A DNA stretch of 63,209 nucleotides, filler included. It is 8 parts of 8 records of this genome, joined end to end, with 100 filler letters (N's around TTAATTAATTAA, not from the genome) between each part and the next. Parts side by side here need not be neighbours in the genome. Positions count along the whole stretch, not along the records: positions 1 to 10,267 come from SRR31147125_60305; positions 10,368 to 15,528 come from SRR31147125_60372; 6 more parts are not named here. One strand, given 5' to 3'. Shown here in pieces: positions 1 through 11,333 of this stretch (position 1 is the stretch's first letter; each line of letters opens with the position of its first letter). A program made the translations under genes and the position numbers. The notes under the pieces are model-generated. The model saw only the letters and a program-made list of their open reading frames with translations, was not told where the DNA came from and made no database searches.

Positions 1-212
1 GGGGCTATTTTTTTGTCCAGCGAGTTCTTTTTCGATGGGCAAGGTGATCTTCCAGGGCTTTGACTATCTTGTATTAAACGCTCACAGAGTTCTGAAAGGG
101 ATTTGTTCTTATTGGATGTGTTTAAACGATTGGCTCTTGGTAAATTGATACAATAGAACGGCTTCCGACTACTCGGAAGCCGTTCTGTTGTTTGATCGAT
201 TTTCTTTTGAAA

Positions 213-1034
213 TTAAGCAGCTGTGTTGTTGCTGACGAGATGAAGATCCTGCTGCGGGTAGGGGATTGAGATCCCTTCTGCATCAAAGCGGAGCTTGATG
301 TTTTCCTGCAGGTCAAACAGTACAGGCCAGTAATCACCGCTCTTGACCCATGGGCGAACCGCGAAATTGACACTGCTGTCCCCCAGCTCAAGAACTCCGA
401 TTGTAACTTCAGGGTCTTTCAGCACACGCTCATCATTGCTGATAACGTCTTCAAGGACCGCACGAACTTTTTTCAGGTCATCGTCATAGCCGACACCGAT
501 CACCAGATCAACACGGCGCGTGTCTTTGGCTGAAAAGTTAGTGATCGTGCTACCAACAATCTGACCGTTCGGAACGGTGATTTCTTTATTGTCGCCTGAT
601 CTCATTTTAGTACTGAAGATCTGAATTTCTTCAACGATACCACTGACGCCGCCCGCTTCAACAAAATCACCAACCTTGAAAGGACGGAAGAGAATCAGCA
701 TCACACCGGAAGCAAAGTTACCGAGGGTCCCTTGAAGTGAGAGCCCGATTGCCAGACCGGCAGCAGCAATAATCGCAGCGAAAGATGTGGTCTCGATTCC
801 GAGCTTGCCGAGTGCTGCGAGGATAACGAAAATCATCAGGGCAATGTAGATAATATTCTTGGCAAACTTGACCAAAGTTTCATCCACGTTGCTCTTGGTC
901 ATCATTTTCGCGATCGTGTTTGAAATCATCCGTGAGACGATACGACCGACGATAAATATGATGATCGCCCAGACGAGAGGCAGGGCGTAATCCTGCACAA
1001 GTTGAATCAGGTTGTCAGTTGAAATATTGTCCAT
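213..1034 (-). CDS. mscS: Small-conductance mechanosensitive channel
   Basis: 273 aa; three TM helices, AAAGLAIGLSLQGTLGNFASG, RPFKVGDFVE and C-terminal IPYPQ motifs; AGGAGG RBS. Confidence 0.95.
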   Translation of the reverse strand: MDNISTDNLIQLVQDYALPLVWAIIIFIVGRIVSRMISNTIAKMMTKSNVDETLVKFAKNIIYIALMIFVILAALGKLGIETTSFAAIIAAAGLAIGLSLQGTLGNFASGVMLILFRPFKVGDFVEAGGVSGIVEEIQIFSTKMRSGDNKEITVPNGQIVGSTITNFSAKDTRRVDLVIGVGYDDDLKKVRAVLEDVISNDERVLKDPEVTIGVLELGDSSVNFAVRPWVKSGDYWPVLFDLQENIKLRFDAEGISIPYPQQDLHLVSNNTAA

Positions 1035-1141
1035 TGTTTGTCCTCCTGTTCGAGTAGATTCGTTATTTACTCAAGCACCTTGAGTTTTCTAATGAGTAAC
1101 TCTAGCAGGTAGATGTGAGAATGCAACAATTCATGACTGAA

Positions 1142-2530
1142 TTAGATAGAATTCTCCGAAAGATATTTTTTCACGCTTTCTGTGTCCGCTTTGATGGTCT
1201 CAACCTTTTTGTCTCGTGTGTGTAAATCTTTAAAAGCTGCGGGCATGTCCGGATTTTTGCCTGTTGCTTGTTTGACTGCGTCACCGAACTTGGCCGGATG
1301 GGCTGTTGCCAGGCAGACAAGAGGACAGCTGGTGTCGTGGACCTGTTTACCGACGGCAACGCCAACGGCTGTGTGAGGGTCAAGTGTGTAGCCGGTTTGT
1401 TCGTGAAAGCGGCGAATTGTTTCAATTGTTTTGTCATCGTGAACTGACGCTGCTGCAAACTCCTGATGAACACGTTCGATCTGATCCGCAGAGAAGGTCA
1501 TTTTCTGGGTTGAAGAGAACTCGTTCATAGCGGACATGACACTGTCAGCATTCTGATCCAGCAGGTAATAAAGGTAGCGCTCGAAGTTGCTGGCCACCTG
1601 AATGTCCATCGATGGAGACAGCGAATGGTGAACGGTTGCGGTTGAGTAATCACCATCATTGATGAAGCGGCTCAGGATGTTATTGCTGTTGGTTGCAAGA
1701 ATAAGCCGGCTGATCGGCAGGCCCATACTTTTGGCGATATAACCGGCAAAAATGTCACCGAAGTTTCCAGTTGGTACCGAAACTTCAAATTTGTCCACTG
1801 CTGTTTCTTTACTGACTTCGGACCAGGCATAGAAGTAGTAGACAACCTGGGCCAGAACTCGAGCCCAGTTGATGGAGTTGACAGCCCCCAGAGCGTGCTG
1901 CTCTTTAAATTCAAGGTCTCCGAAAATTTCTTTGACGATCGATTGTGCATCATCAAAGGTCCCTTCTATTGCTAAATTGAAGACATTGTCATCGGTGACG
2001 GTTGTCATCTGAAGTTCCTGAACGGGTGAGACGCGGCCCTTCGGATGAAGAATGAAAATATTGATATTCTTTTTGCCCCGAACTCCGTAGATGGCAGCGC
2101 TGCCGGTGTCCCCGCTTGTCGCACCAATGATGTTCATCCGCTGGCCGGATTTGACCAGAAAATACTCAAACAGATTTCCGAGAAACTGAAGGGCAACGTC
2201 CTTAAAGGCGAGGGTCGGACCATGAAAGAGCTCGAGGATATAGAGATCGCCCTGTTTTGTAACGGGTGTGACCTGCGGATGATCGAACGCTGCGTAAGAA
2301 CGATCGATCAGTTCCTTCAGATCCTCTGTCGGAATATCGGAGGCAAATTTAGAGATAATGGCATACGCCAGATCTGAATAAGAGAGTTCGGTCAGATTCT
2401 GGAGTTCGGCGGTTGACAGGCGTGGTATTTCTTCCGGGACCAGAAGCCCACCGTCATCAGCGAGTCCCATCATGACCGCTTCACTGAAGCTCAATCCTTT
2501 GACCTGTCCACGTGTGCTGCAGTATTTCAT
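1142..2530 (-). CDS. thrC: Threonine synthase
   Basis: MKYCSTRG start, LELFHGPTLAFKDVAL PLP-lysine motif, ATSGDTG, NSINWAR, TAHPAKF. Confidence 0.96.
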   Translation of the reverse strand: MKYCSTRGQVKGLSFSEAVMMGLADDGGLLVPEEIPRLSTAELQNLTELSYSDLAYAIISKFASDIPTEDLKELIDRSYAAFDHPQVTPVTKQGDLYILELFHGPTLAFKDVALQFLGNLFEYFLVKSGQRMNIIGATSGDTGSAAIYGVRGKKNINIFILHPKGRVSPVQELQMTTVTDDNVFNLAIEGTFDDAQSIVKEIFGDLEFKEQHALGAVNSINWARVLAQVVYYFYAWSEVSKETAVDKFEVSVPTGNFGDIFAGYIAKSMGLPISRLILATNSNNILSRFINDGDYSTATVHHSLSPSMDIQVASNFERYLYYLLDQNADSVMSAMNEFSSTQKMTFSADQIERVHQEFAAASVHDDKTIETIRRFHEQTGYTLDPHTAVGVAVGKQVHDTSCPLVCLATAHPAKFGDAVKQATGKNPDMPAAFKDLHTRDKKVETIKADTESVKKYLSENSI

Positions 2531-2623
2531 AATTGTTGCTCTCTCTTTTTTATTGATACGTCATTTTGTCTCTTTTAAAGGCGCTGCAGTGTAGCAATTT
2601 TTAGCTGGGAAGTGAAGTTGATC

Positions 2624-2658
2624 AAAAAAAAGCGGGAGTTGCTTATGCAACTCCCGCT
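2624..2658 (-). terminator. Rho-independent terminator after maeB
   Basis: Perfect 12-bp stem AGCGGGAGTTGC-TTAT-GCAACTCCCGCT followed by a U-run on the minus strand, about 20 nt after the maeB stop. Confidence 0.88.
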
Positions 2659-2679
2659 GGTGTTTCAATGTTGATTATT

Positions 2680-4938
2680 TTATGCGTCGCGATCCTGGGC
2701 ATCAACAACAGCGACAGCAGCCATGTTGATGATGTCAGCCACGTCATCACCACGTTGCAGAACGTGGACCGGCTTCTTCATGCCCATCAGGATTGGACCG
2801 ACCGCTTCAGCTTCTCCGAGCTTGTTCAGCAACTTGTAGCTGATGTTGCCGGACTGCAGGTCGGGGAAGATAAAGACGTTGGCATCACCCTTGAGCATTG
2901 AGAAGGGGTACTGTGCTTCTGTCAGCTCAGGATCAAGAGCAACGTTGGCCTGAACTTCACCATCCACGATCAGCTCAGGAGCCTGTTGCTTTACCAGTTC
3001 CGTTGCTTTCTTGACCTTGAGTGTCATCGGGTGGATGGTACTGCCGAAGTTGGAGAATGACAGCATGGCAACTTTTGGTTCGATATCAAAGCGACGAACT
3101 TCCTGGGCTGCCAGAATGGCGGTTTCAGCCAACTCTTCAGCTGTCGGTTCAATGCAGACGGTCGCATCAGCGATGAAAACGACCTTCTTTTTGAAGACCA
3201 TCATGTACATCCCGTGAACTTTGGACAGTCGTTCCTGCTTGCCAATGATTTCGAGGGAAGGGCGGATGGTTTCCGGATAGTGATGGTTGATACCAGAAAG
3301 CAGGGCGTCCGCGTCACCTTCCTGGATCATCATGGCTCCCAGGTAGTTCGGGTTGGCGATCAGTTGACGTCTGGCGCCTGCGTAAGTGACGCCTTTGCGC
3401 TGGCGGATTCCGAACATGGTATTGATGTAGTGTTCGCTGTTCTCGCAGGTTTCCGGATCGACAATCTTGATATCGCCAAGCTCCAGCTTCATCTCTTCGA
3501 TCTTGCGCTTGATGACTTTCTTGTCACCGAGCAGGATCGGAGTTGCAATATTTTCTTTGACGAGAATCTGAGCGGCCCGCAGGATTTTCTCTTCTTCGCC
3601 TTCTGGGAAAACGATCCGCTTTGGATTGGCCTTCGCTTTGTTGATCAGTGTCCGCATGACCTCTTTCGAACGGCTCTGGCTCGCTTCGAGGGACTCACGG
3701 TATTTCTCCATGTCCTTAATCGGTTGACGTGCAACACCACTGTCCATGGCCGCTTGAGCGACGGCAGGAGCAACGTGAAGAAGGACACGTGGGTCGAAAG
3801 GTTTCGGAATAACGTATTCACGGCCGAATTTAATGTCTTCGCCGCTGTACGCTTTACGCACTGAATCCGGAACGTCCATCTTAGCCAGATCGGCCAGAGC
3901 TCTAACGGCAGCGAGCTTCATTTCGTCATTAATGGCACTGGCATGGGTGTCGAGTGCACCACGGAACAGGAATGGGAAGCAGAGAACATTGTTGACCTGA
4001 TTTTCATAATCGGAGCGGCCAGTTCCGATGATAACGTCGCTGCGAACAGCTTTTGCATCAGGAGGGGTGATTTCCGGATCCGGGTTGGCCATGGCGAAAA
4101 CGATCGGATCTTTCGCCATCGATTTCAGCATATCTTTAGTCACAGCACCTTTTGCTGAAACACCGAAGAAGATGTCGGCATCGACCATCGCTTCTTCGAG
4201 GGTGCGGTACTCGGTTTCAGCCGCAAGGCGTTCCTTGTACTCGTTCATCCCAACGGTCCGGCCTTTGTAAATGACACCTTTGGTGTCACAGAGGATGACG
4301 TTGTTTTTATCAATACCCATGGTGATTGCCAGGTTGGCACAGGCAATACCGGCCGCGCCGGCACCGTTGACGACAATCTTACACTTGGTGACGTCTTTGC
4401 CGACGATCTCGAGGGCGTTGAGCATTCCGGCGGCAGAAATGATCGCTGTCCCGTGCTGATCATCATGGAAAACGGGAATGTCCATGATTTCCTGAAGCTT
4501 CTCTTCAATGTAGAAGCACTCAGGGCCTTTGATATCTTCCAGGTTGATTCCGCCAAAAGTCGGCTCAAGAAGTTTAACCGTGCGAATCAGTTCATCAGGG
4601 TCTTTGGTGTCGAGCTCAATATCGAAAACGTCAACATCGGCAAAGCTCTTGAAAAGAACACCTTTCCCCTCCATGACGGGTTTTCCGGCGAGGGCGCCGA
4701 TGTCACCAAGTCCGAGAACGGCTGTCCCGTTTGAAACAACTGCGACCAGGTTACCTTTTGCTGTATATTGGTAGGCGTCGTTCGGGTTTTTTTCTATCTC
4801 CAGACATGGCTCAGCAACTCCCGGACTGTAGGCCAGGGAAAGCTCACGGCTGGTTGAGCAAGGTTTGGTTGTGATAACTTCAATTTTTCCTTTTCGCCCT
4901 GTACTGTGATAGTCAAGGGCATCTTGACGGTTGGACAT
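2680..4938 (-). CDS. maeB: NADP-dependent malic enzyme with C-terminal phosphotransacetylase-like domain
   Basis: 752 aa; [34 protein letters not shown]-terminal PTA-like domain ([24 protein letters not shown]). Confidence 0.96.
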   Translation of the reverse strand: MSNRQDALDYHSTGRKGKIEVITTKPCSTSRELSLAYSPGVAEPCLEIEKNPNDAYQYTAKGNLVAVVSNGTAVLGLGDIGALAGKPVMEGKGVLFKSFADVDVFDIELDTKDPDELIRTVKLLEPTFGGINLEDIKGPECFYIEEKLQEIMDIPVFHDDQHGTAIISAAGMLNALEIVGKDVTKCKIVVNGAGAAGIACANLAITMGIDKNNVILCDTKGVIYKGRTVGMNEYKERLAAETEYRTLEEAMVDADIFFGVSAKGAVTKDMLKSMAKDPIVFAMANPDPEITPPDAKAVRSDVIIGTGRSDYENQVNNVLCFPFLFRGALDTHASAINDEMKLAAVRALADLAKMDVPDSVRKAYSGEDIKFGREYVIPKPFDPRVLLHVAPAVAQAAMDSGVARQPIKDMEKYRESLEASQSRSKEVMRTLINKAKANPKRIVFPEGEEEKILRAAQILVKENIATPILLGDKKVIKRKIEEMKLELGDIKIVDPETCENSEHYINTMFGIRQRKGVTYAGARRQLIANPNYLGAMMIQEGDADALLSGINHHYPETIRPSLEIIGKQERLSKVHGMYMMVFKKKVVFIADATVCIEPTAEELAETAILAAQEVRRFDIEPKVAMLSFSNFGSTIHPMTLKVKKATELVKQQAPELIVDGEVQANVALDPELTEAQYPFSMLKGDANVFIFPDLQSGNISYKLLNKLGEAEAVGPILMGMKKPVHVLQRGDDVADIINMAAVAVVDAQDRDA

Positions 4939-5119
4939 GTGTCGATCCTCCTCTGGATGATGTTATGTCACGTTGTGATTAATAATCTCTGATACCATGT
5001 TGATAATCAAAAAACATTATAATTCGGCCGTTTGCGGTGGAATTATTTAAACTAAAAAATTATAGCCAGGCTAAAATAATGTCAAGGTAAAATGCATGAC
5101 AATGAACCTCGTATCATCT

Positions 5120-5135
5120 AGCAATGCTGGTGCCA
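5120..5135 (-). promoter_or_regulatory. Sigma-54 (-24/-12) promoter upstream of maeB
   Basis: Minus strand reads TGGCAC-CAGCA-TTGCT, matching TGGCAC-N5-TTGCW, about 180 nt upstream of the maeB ATG. Confidence 0.7.
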
Positions 5136-5277
5136 TGTTTTGTTGTTTCGAGAAAAGCGCGTATTAACAGAAAGTTATAAAATCGTGTATTATATGTGTA
5201 AATATATGCGACTGAAATTTAACGAAAAATTGTAATTGATGGCGAATTTCAGCCATCAACAAATTGGGAGCTGCAAA

Positions 5278-5766
5278 TTGTTAATTGGTGTTCTTTCAGA
5301 TACGCATCTACAGACATCACTGTCAGCGAGGCAATTGGCCACATTTTTACTGGAAGGCCCGTTCCGCGATGTCGAGATGATTCTTCACGCCGGAGATCAT
5401 GTTCTTCCTGACCTCGCTGTCCATTTTAACGGACTTCCTTATTACGGCGTCTGTGGCAACATGGACGCTTGCACGTCCGATTTGCCCATCGAACGGATTA
5501 TTGATGTTGAAGACAAAAGCATCGGTATGATTCACGGGTGGGGTCCCGCTTCCGGGGTTGAGGACAGGGTCGCATCCCATTTTAGGGATATTGCTCTTGA
5601 TGTTTTGATTTTTGGCCACAGCCATCAGCCCTATTGTGAATATCACGGATCGACGCTGCTGCTGAACCCGGGCAGCGCGACGGACAGACGTTCCGCTCCT
5701 TATCACAGCGTCGCATTGTTGAGCCTGAACAAAACTGTTGAGGCAGAGATTGTTGCTATTGACTGA
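5278..5766 (+). CDS. YfcE/MJ0936-family metallophosphoesterase
   Basis: SDTH, HAGD, GNMD, IHG, GHSH and NPGS motifs; TTG start at 5278 chosen because of the upstream GGGAG. Confidence 0.88.
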   Translation: MLIGVLSDTHLQTSLSARQLATFLLEGPFRDVEMILHAGDHVLPDLAVHFNGLPYYGVCGNMDACTSDLPIERIIDVEDKSIGMIHGWGPASGVEDRVASHFRDIALDVLIFGHSHQPYCEYHGSTLLLNPGSATDRRSAPYHSVALLSLNKTVEAEIVAID

Positions 5767-5814
5767 TGCTGCCCGTATTTATAGAGTGTGCTCAACCAAT
5801 AGGAGCGTTTCTGA

Positions 5815-6414
5815 ATGATTGATCTGTTTTTTCGCGGTGGCCCGGCCATGTACCCGATCCTCCTCTGTTCCGTGATCGGCTGGGCTATTTTTCTCGAGAG
5901 GATTATTGCGTTTGTCAGGGTGCGACACTCTCTCAAACCGATTAAAGCCAGTGTTGTGGAATCTTTGAGTCAGGGTCGGCTGGATGATGCCGTGAATGCG
6001 TGTGCCACCAGTCAGATGCCACTGGCAAAGATCCTTCTGGTGGTCCTGAAGAATAAAGGGCGTCAACGTGCAGACCTGAAAGCCCTCGCCGAAGAGGTCG
6101 GTGAACGGGAGGCCGTTTCCCTGCAACGTTACCTTGGGCTGCTCGGGACGATCGCGAACATTACTCCGCTGCTCGGGCTGCTCGGAACGGTTCTCGGCAT
6201 GATCAAGGCGTTTAATATTATTGCTTCACAAGGGATGGGGACCCCGGCCCTGCTGGGTGGTGGAATTTCAGAAGCGCTGATTACAACCGCAGCGGGACTA
6301 ACCGTTGCGGTACCGATGATTCTGTTGCACCGCTACTTGTCGAGCCGTTCTGATCGGTTGGTTCTTGAACTCGAAGAGATCACGATGCAGGTCGTCGAGA
6401 TGGTGGAAAAGTAG
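5815..6414 (+). CDS. exbB: MotA/TolQ/ExbB proton-channel family protein
   Basis: PLLGLLGTVLGMI and GGISEALITTAAGL signatures. Confidence 0.88.
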   Translation: MIDLFFRGGPAMYPILLCSVIGWAIFLERIIAFVRVRHSLKPIKASVVESLSQGRLDDAVNACATSQMPLAKILLVVLKNKGRQRADLKALAEEVGEREAVSLQRYLGLLGTIANITPLLGLLGTVLGMIKAFNIIASQGMGTPALLGGGISEALITTAAGLTVAVPMILLHRYLSSRSDRLVLELEEITMQVVEMVEK

Positions 6415-6417
6415 TCG

Positions 6418-6837
6418 ATGGGGTTCCGTCGCCGCATACCGGATTCCCCCCGCGTTGATCTGACACCGATGATCGACGTTGTTTTTCTCTTGTTGATCTT
6501 TTTCATGATCTCCACCACCTTTATTGAGCGGCCCGGTTTGACTATTGATCTGCCGACCGGATCGTCACAGACGATTCAGCAGGGGAAAAAGGAATTACAG
6601 GTCTACCTGACGGCGAAAGGGGAGATCTATCTGCAGCAGGATCTGGTCAGTTATGAAGCGCTGCTGCAAAATCTTCGTTCCTATTCGCCCGCTCAGACTA
6701 AGCGGATGACCTTTCTGCTGATGGCGGATAAAGACGCCCTGCACGGGCGGGTGATTGCGCTGATGGATGCTGCGAAGCAGTCAGGATTCGGGCAGCTGGC
6801 GATTGCGACTGAGACAAAAAAAGAAGGTGAGGATTAG
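6418..6837 (+). CDS. exbD: ExbD/TolR family protein
   Basis: DLTPMIDVVFLLLIFFM TM motif; 3 nt after exbB. Confidence 0.88.
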   Translation: MGFRRRIPDSPRVDLTPMIDVVFLLLIFFMISTTFIERPGLTIDLPTGSSQTIQQGKKELQVYLTAKGEIYLQQDLVSYEALLQNLRSYSPAQTKRMTFLLMADKDALHGRVIALMDAAKQSGFGQLAIATETKKEGED

Positions 6838-6863
6838 CAACCGCTGGTCGTTGAGTCTATTGA

Positions 6864-7823
6864 CTACTGCTTAGATGGGCCGTCGTCTTCAATGAAACGC
6901 TGTGGAACGCGCGTTTTCTCAATTTCACAATTATCCCGTCCGGGACAGACATCAACAGCACAGGGTTCAATGTGGATAATGACATTGGCGCCCGGAATCT
7001 CACGTTCGATCTTTTGCTCCAGGCTGTCCGTCAGTTTGTGCGCTTCTGCAACCGTCATATCTTTACAGACTTCCAGATGAAAATCCATAATCTTCATTGA
7101 ACCAGCGCGGCGTGTTCGCAGCCCGTGGTAGCCAGCCAAAGGACCCTGGTGGCTGCTGATCAATTGATGGATCTGTCTCTGAATTTCATCCGGTAGCTCC
7201 TGATCCAGAAGCTCATTCATGCTCCGTTTGATCAGTTGCATCGCTTCATGAAGGATGTACGAAGCAACAAGGATGGAAAGTGCTGAATCGAGCCAGTGGA
7301 TATCAAACCAGCGGATCATGAGCAGTCCGGCCATCAGGCCGAGGTTGGTGTAAATATCCATCCGGAAGTGGAGGGAATCCGCTTCAAGAGCAGACGAGTC
7401 GGTTTGTTTGGCAACCGCTCTTAAGTGCCGGGCGATAAACCATGAAACCACAGCGCTGAACGCCAGAACGCCAACCCCTTGATTCAGGTTGTCGATCTTC
7501 TGACCATCGGTCAATCTGTTGACCGATTCGTAGATGATCCAGGCCCCGGAAAAGGAGATGACAACGGCCTGAAAGAGGGTCGCGAGCGTTTCAAATTTGC
7601 CATGTCCAAAGGGGTGGCATTCATCGGGTGGCTGCTCGGCATGGCGGATCGCCATGAAATTAACCCCTGACATCAGGATGTCGAGTAGTGAATCGATTGC
7701 GGATGCCATGACCGCCATCGATCCGCTCATCAGTGCAATGATCAGCTTGAGAACCGCAAGCAGAAAAGCCCCTGTGATAGAAAAAACGGCCGCTCGGATT
7801 TTAGGATTGGTAGTCGCTGTCAT
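6864..7823 (-). CDS. Cation diffusion facilitator (FieF-like) metal transporter
   Basis: DSLLD, HPFGHGKFE, ADSLHFRMD, HIEP; start moved to ATG 7823 (MTATTNPK) to avoid overlap with the upstream gene. Confidence 0.9.
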   Translation of the reverse strand: MTATTNPKIRAAVFSITGAFLLAVLKLIIALMSGSMAVMASAIDSLLDILMSGVNFMAIRHAEQPPDECHPFGHGKFETLATLFQAVVISFSGAWIIYESVNRLTDGQKIDNLNQGVGVLAFSAVVSWFIARHLRAVAKQTDSSALEADSLHFRMDIYTNLGLMAGLLMIRWFDIHWLDSALSILVASYILHEAMQLIKRSMNELLDQELPDEIQRQIHQLISSHQGPLAGYHGLRTRRAGSMKIMDFHLEVCKDMTVAEAHKLTDSLEQKIEREIPGANVIIHIEPCAVDVCPGRDNCEIEKTRVPQRFIEDDGPSKQ

Positions 7824-7831
7824 TGGAGGTG

Positions 7832-8341
7832 CTAATCGATTGGACAGAGGTTGTTCCAGCTGTGAAACTCGTTGTCTTTGAGTGCGTGAAACTGATCGAT
7901 CCGCTCCTGGTAGTAGGACAGCTTCAGGCATGCCTGCTGGATCCTGTCAACGGTGTCCTGATCGAAGACGTTGTTCCTCTGACAGAACAGAACAAACATC
8001 GCTACGCCTGATAAAAGGTCTTTCAGCTCTTCCATATTTGGTTCGAGCGTTTTGACGATGTACCAGTTACCGGCAAACGCTTCAATGTGCGAGTGAGTGA
8101 GCTCAAGAATGTTGGTTCTGCAGCGATCAATGATGAAATCGCGGAGGAAGTAGTCGGCCCCTCTGGCATGAGTTCCCGCGTCCAGTGGGTCGATCTTCTG
8201 TTCGTCGAGAAGAAATTGAAGAAATTTCTTTAACAGCTCCTGACAGCGATGATCCGATTTGATTTCATCATCGAGGTTGCTGATGCTGTAGAGATCTTTT
8301 TCAAACAATGATTCGATTGAGCCTGAGACGTCATTTTTCAT
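7832..8341 (-). CDS. Hypothetical protein
   Basis: 169-aa ORF with protein-like composition, 8 nt upstream of the CDF gene; no family recognised. Confidence 0.7.
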   Translation of the reverse strand: MKNDVSGSIESLFEKDLYSISNLDDEIKSDHRCQELLKKFLQFLLDEQKIDPLDAGTHARGADYFLRDFIIDRCRTNILELTHSHIEAFAGNWYIVKTLEPNMEELKDLLSGVAMFVLFCQRNNVFDQDTVDRIQQACLKLSYYQERIDQFHALKDNEFHSWNNLCPID

Positions 8342-8550
8342 ACAGTTTTATCCATGTTTTGTAACATCTTAAAAGGTCAATGGTTTTTTAGCATTGGTGA
8401 GATGTGTCGGTCAAGCATCGAGGTCTGGGTCGGTTATCGCGATCATTTACTTCGCGGGTGTCGTTTGCTAGGATAAGCCGCTTTATCAGGGTCGTGTTTC
8501 TCTGATTGAATCTGAACTGTTATCCCGGAGGATAACGAGGGACAGAAGGT

Positions 8551-10267
8551 ATGTCGACAACGACGCCGCTGATGCGGCAATTCCTTGAAATAAAAGCAGA
8601 TTATCAGGATGCGATTCTGTTTTTCAGGCTAGGTGATTTTTACGAGATGTTTATGGAGGACGCTGTGCTCGCCTCCAGAGTCCTCGGAATAACTCTGACA
8701 TCTCGAAACAAGGGGGACGAAAACGCAATCCCCTTATGTGGCATCCCTTTTCACAGCAGTCAGGGATACATAGCCAAGTTGATCAGCGCCGGTCATAAGG
8801 TTGCGATCTGCGAGCAGGTTGAAGACCCGAAAGAGGCGAAGGGGATCGTTAAGCGCGAGGTTGTCAAGGTTGTGACTCCCGGGCTGGTGACAGATACGGA
8901 CACCCTTGACCCGAAGGTAAATAATTATCTCTTAGCTGTTGTTGCCGGAGACAGCAGCTTTGGTGTGGCACATGTAGATATTACAACTGGTGAATTCCGA
9001 GTGACGGAAGTTGCTGGCTTGACAGAAGTCGAAAGCGAGCTCGGTTCGCTCTGCCCACGTGAGGTTCTGTTTGTCGATAACGCTCAGGGAGCCGATTGTT
9101 TTGATCAGCTGAAAATCGCCCTCGATGACGTTATGTGTAATTACGTCCCGGAATGGGTCTGTGAAAGCGATGAGGCCAATGAGCAACTGAGAACCTTCTT
9201 TGGTGTGACCGGGCTGCAGTCATTCGGCTGTCAGGATCTGCCCAGCGCTCAGGCTGCTGCGGCAGCTGTTCTTTATTACCTGCAGCTGACTCAGAAAGAG
9301 GAATTGCGCCACATCCGCTCGCTTCAGACGTACCATACGCAAAACTACATGGTGCTGGATGAAACGACACGGCGTAACCTTGAACTGACCGCGACTCTTC
9401 AGGACGGGAAGAAACATGGTTCGCTTCTCGGAGTGCTGGATCGGACCGTGACGGCGATGGGGGGGCGCCACTTGCGTCACTGGATTCACTATCCTCTGGT
9501 CGACCTGGAGAAAATTAAATATCGACAGGAGGCGATCGCTGAGCTGGTTGATGAGAGCTTGGCGCGGATGGATCTTGTCGAGGCCCTTGATGGTGTTTAC
9601 GACCTAGAACGCCTGAATAGCAAAATCGCCATGGCGAGTGCCAACGCCAAAGACCTCGCAGCGCTCAGGGCTTCTCTGGAGAAGTTGCCACGCATCGATG
9701 ATCTGCTGGCTTCATTCCAGTCTCATTATCTGCGTGAACTGCGTGAGCGCGTTGATCTGCTGCCGGAGGTTGTTTCGCTGCTGTCGGAGGCGATCGTCGA
9801 TGAGCCACCTTTTGTTATCCGGGATGGTGGTTTGATTCGTGACGGCTTCAACGAAGAGCTAGACGAATTGAAAACGATCAGCCGAGAGGGAAAAGGCTGG
9901 ATCGCAGCTTTGGAGCAGCAGGAGCGTGAGCGTACGGGGATTCCTTCGCTGAAAGTGAAATACAATAAGGTCTTCGGCTATTTCATCGAGGTGACGCATC
10001 GAAATCTCGACAAGGTTCCGGAAGACTATCAACGGAAGCAGACCCTGACAAATGCAGAACGTTTTATCACGCCGGGACTCAAGGACTACGAAGCCAAGGT
10101 TCTCAATGCTGATGAGCGTATGGTTGAGTTGGAGTACAACCTGTTCCAACAGGTGCGAATAAAGGTCGCAGCCGAAGGGGCGCGGATACAGGGGTGTGCG
10201 GATGCGCTCGCAGCACTCGATGCGCTCATTTCTCTGGCGGACCTGGCCCATGAAAGAAACTATGTCC
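8551..10267 (+). CDS. mutS: DNA mismatch repair protein MutS (3' truncated at contig end)
   Basis: TPLMRQF, FFRLGDFYEMF, VAICEQ, RKQTLTNAERF. Confidence 0.96.
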
Positions 10268-10367
10268 NNNNNNNNNNNNNNNNNNNNNNNNNNNNNNNNN
10301 NNNNNNNNNNNTTAATTAATTAANNNNNNNNNNNNNNNNNNNNNNNNNNNNNNNNNNNNNNNNNNNN
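10268..10367. other. Artificial contig linker (N44-TTAATTAATTAA-N44)
   Basis: Identical 100-nt spacer with stops in all six frames; recurs at 15529, 24858, 33675, 43730, 50450 and 56597. Confidence 0.99.
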
Positions 10368-11300
10368 GGCAAAGATATACACGACGAACATCAGCCACGC
10401 CCTGATGAGTGACGGGCGTGGTCCGGCCAGGCAGACATACATACTCACGAGTAGAAGGGCCGTCCATCTTGATTTCCTGTAGCCCAGGCACACGCCGAAG
10501 ACCTTGAGAGACAAAACGGCGATCAATCCCAGGTGAAAACCGGACAAGGCCAGCAGATGCATGCACCCGGCGTTCCTGAAGTTCCGGATCAATAAGGCGC
10601 CGGGATCGGTTCTCCGGCCCAGAATCAGCGCAGAGAAGCAGACCGCTGCATCATCGCCTAAGTTCTTCAAAGTCTCTTCCAGACGGGCGATGATGCTGTA
10701 GCGGATTCTCCTGTATCCATCGGTCCAACCGACACTCCGCCAGTCTTCCACCCGGAATACGGGAGCAGGCGGCTGTTGAGACGGCCGGAAACAGCCAGCG
10801 ATACGAACAACTCGACCTGATGCCAGGCCCTCGATGCCTCCCCTGCCGTAAAGCCGGACAGGACCCGAAGCATCGGCGGCCATACTCCCGGAAGAAGTAG
10901 AGATCAGCCTTGCATCGGCTGCCCACTGTTGACCGGGAAGCACTGTTGGATCACGGATCAGCTGCACGAGGCAGCCGGTGACGAGTGAGCGCTCCAGACC
11001 TGTAGAGCTGTTTCCCGATTTGACGTTCATGATGCCGCCAGAGAGCGCACACAGCGAGAAACCGACTGCGAAAGCCAGAGGCAGACAAACCGAATAGTCG
11101 GTCACCAGAGACCGGCCGAAGTGATACCCGCCCGTCGAAGCCATGCGCCTTGTCAGACAAGTAGCCGCCAGAAAAGCCGACGCCGGCGGCAGAACTATGG
11201 GCACCAGACAGATTAGCACCGGACGCACCGTGGGCATGTATTCCAGGATGAGATAGAAAACGCCTCCTGCCGCAGCAGAAGGCGCGTACTTCAGTTTCAT
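10368..11300 (-). CDS. comEC: ComEC/Rec2 competence membrane protein (3' truncated)
   Basis: ALILG, FRNAGCMHLLALSGFHLG and PSLIRAWLM are the ComEC competence-domain motifs. Confidence 0.85.
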
Positions 11301-11333
11301 GCAGGTTTTAACAACCTGTTGTCGACGTCTGCT

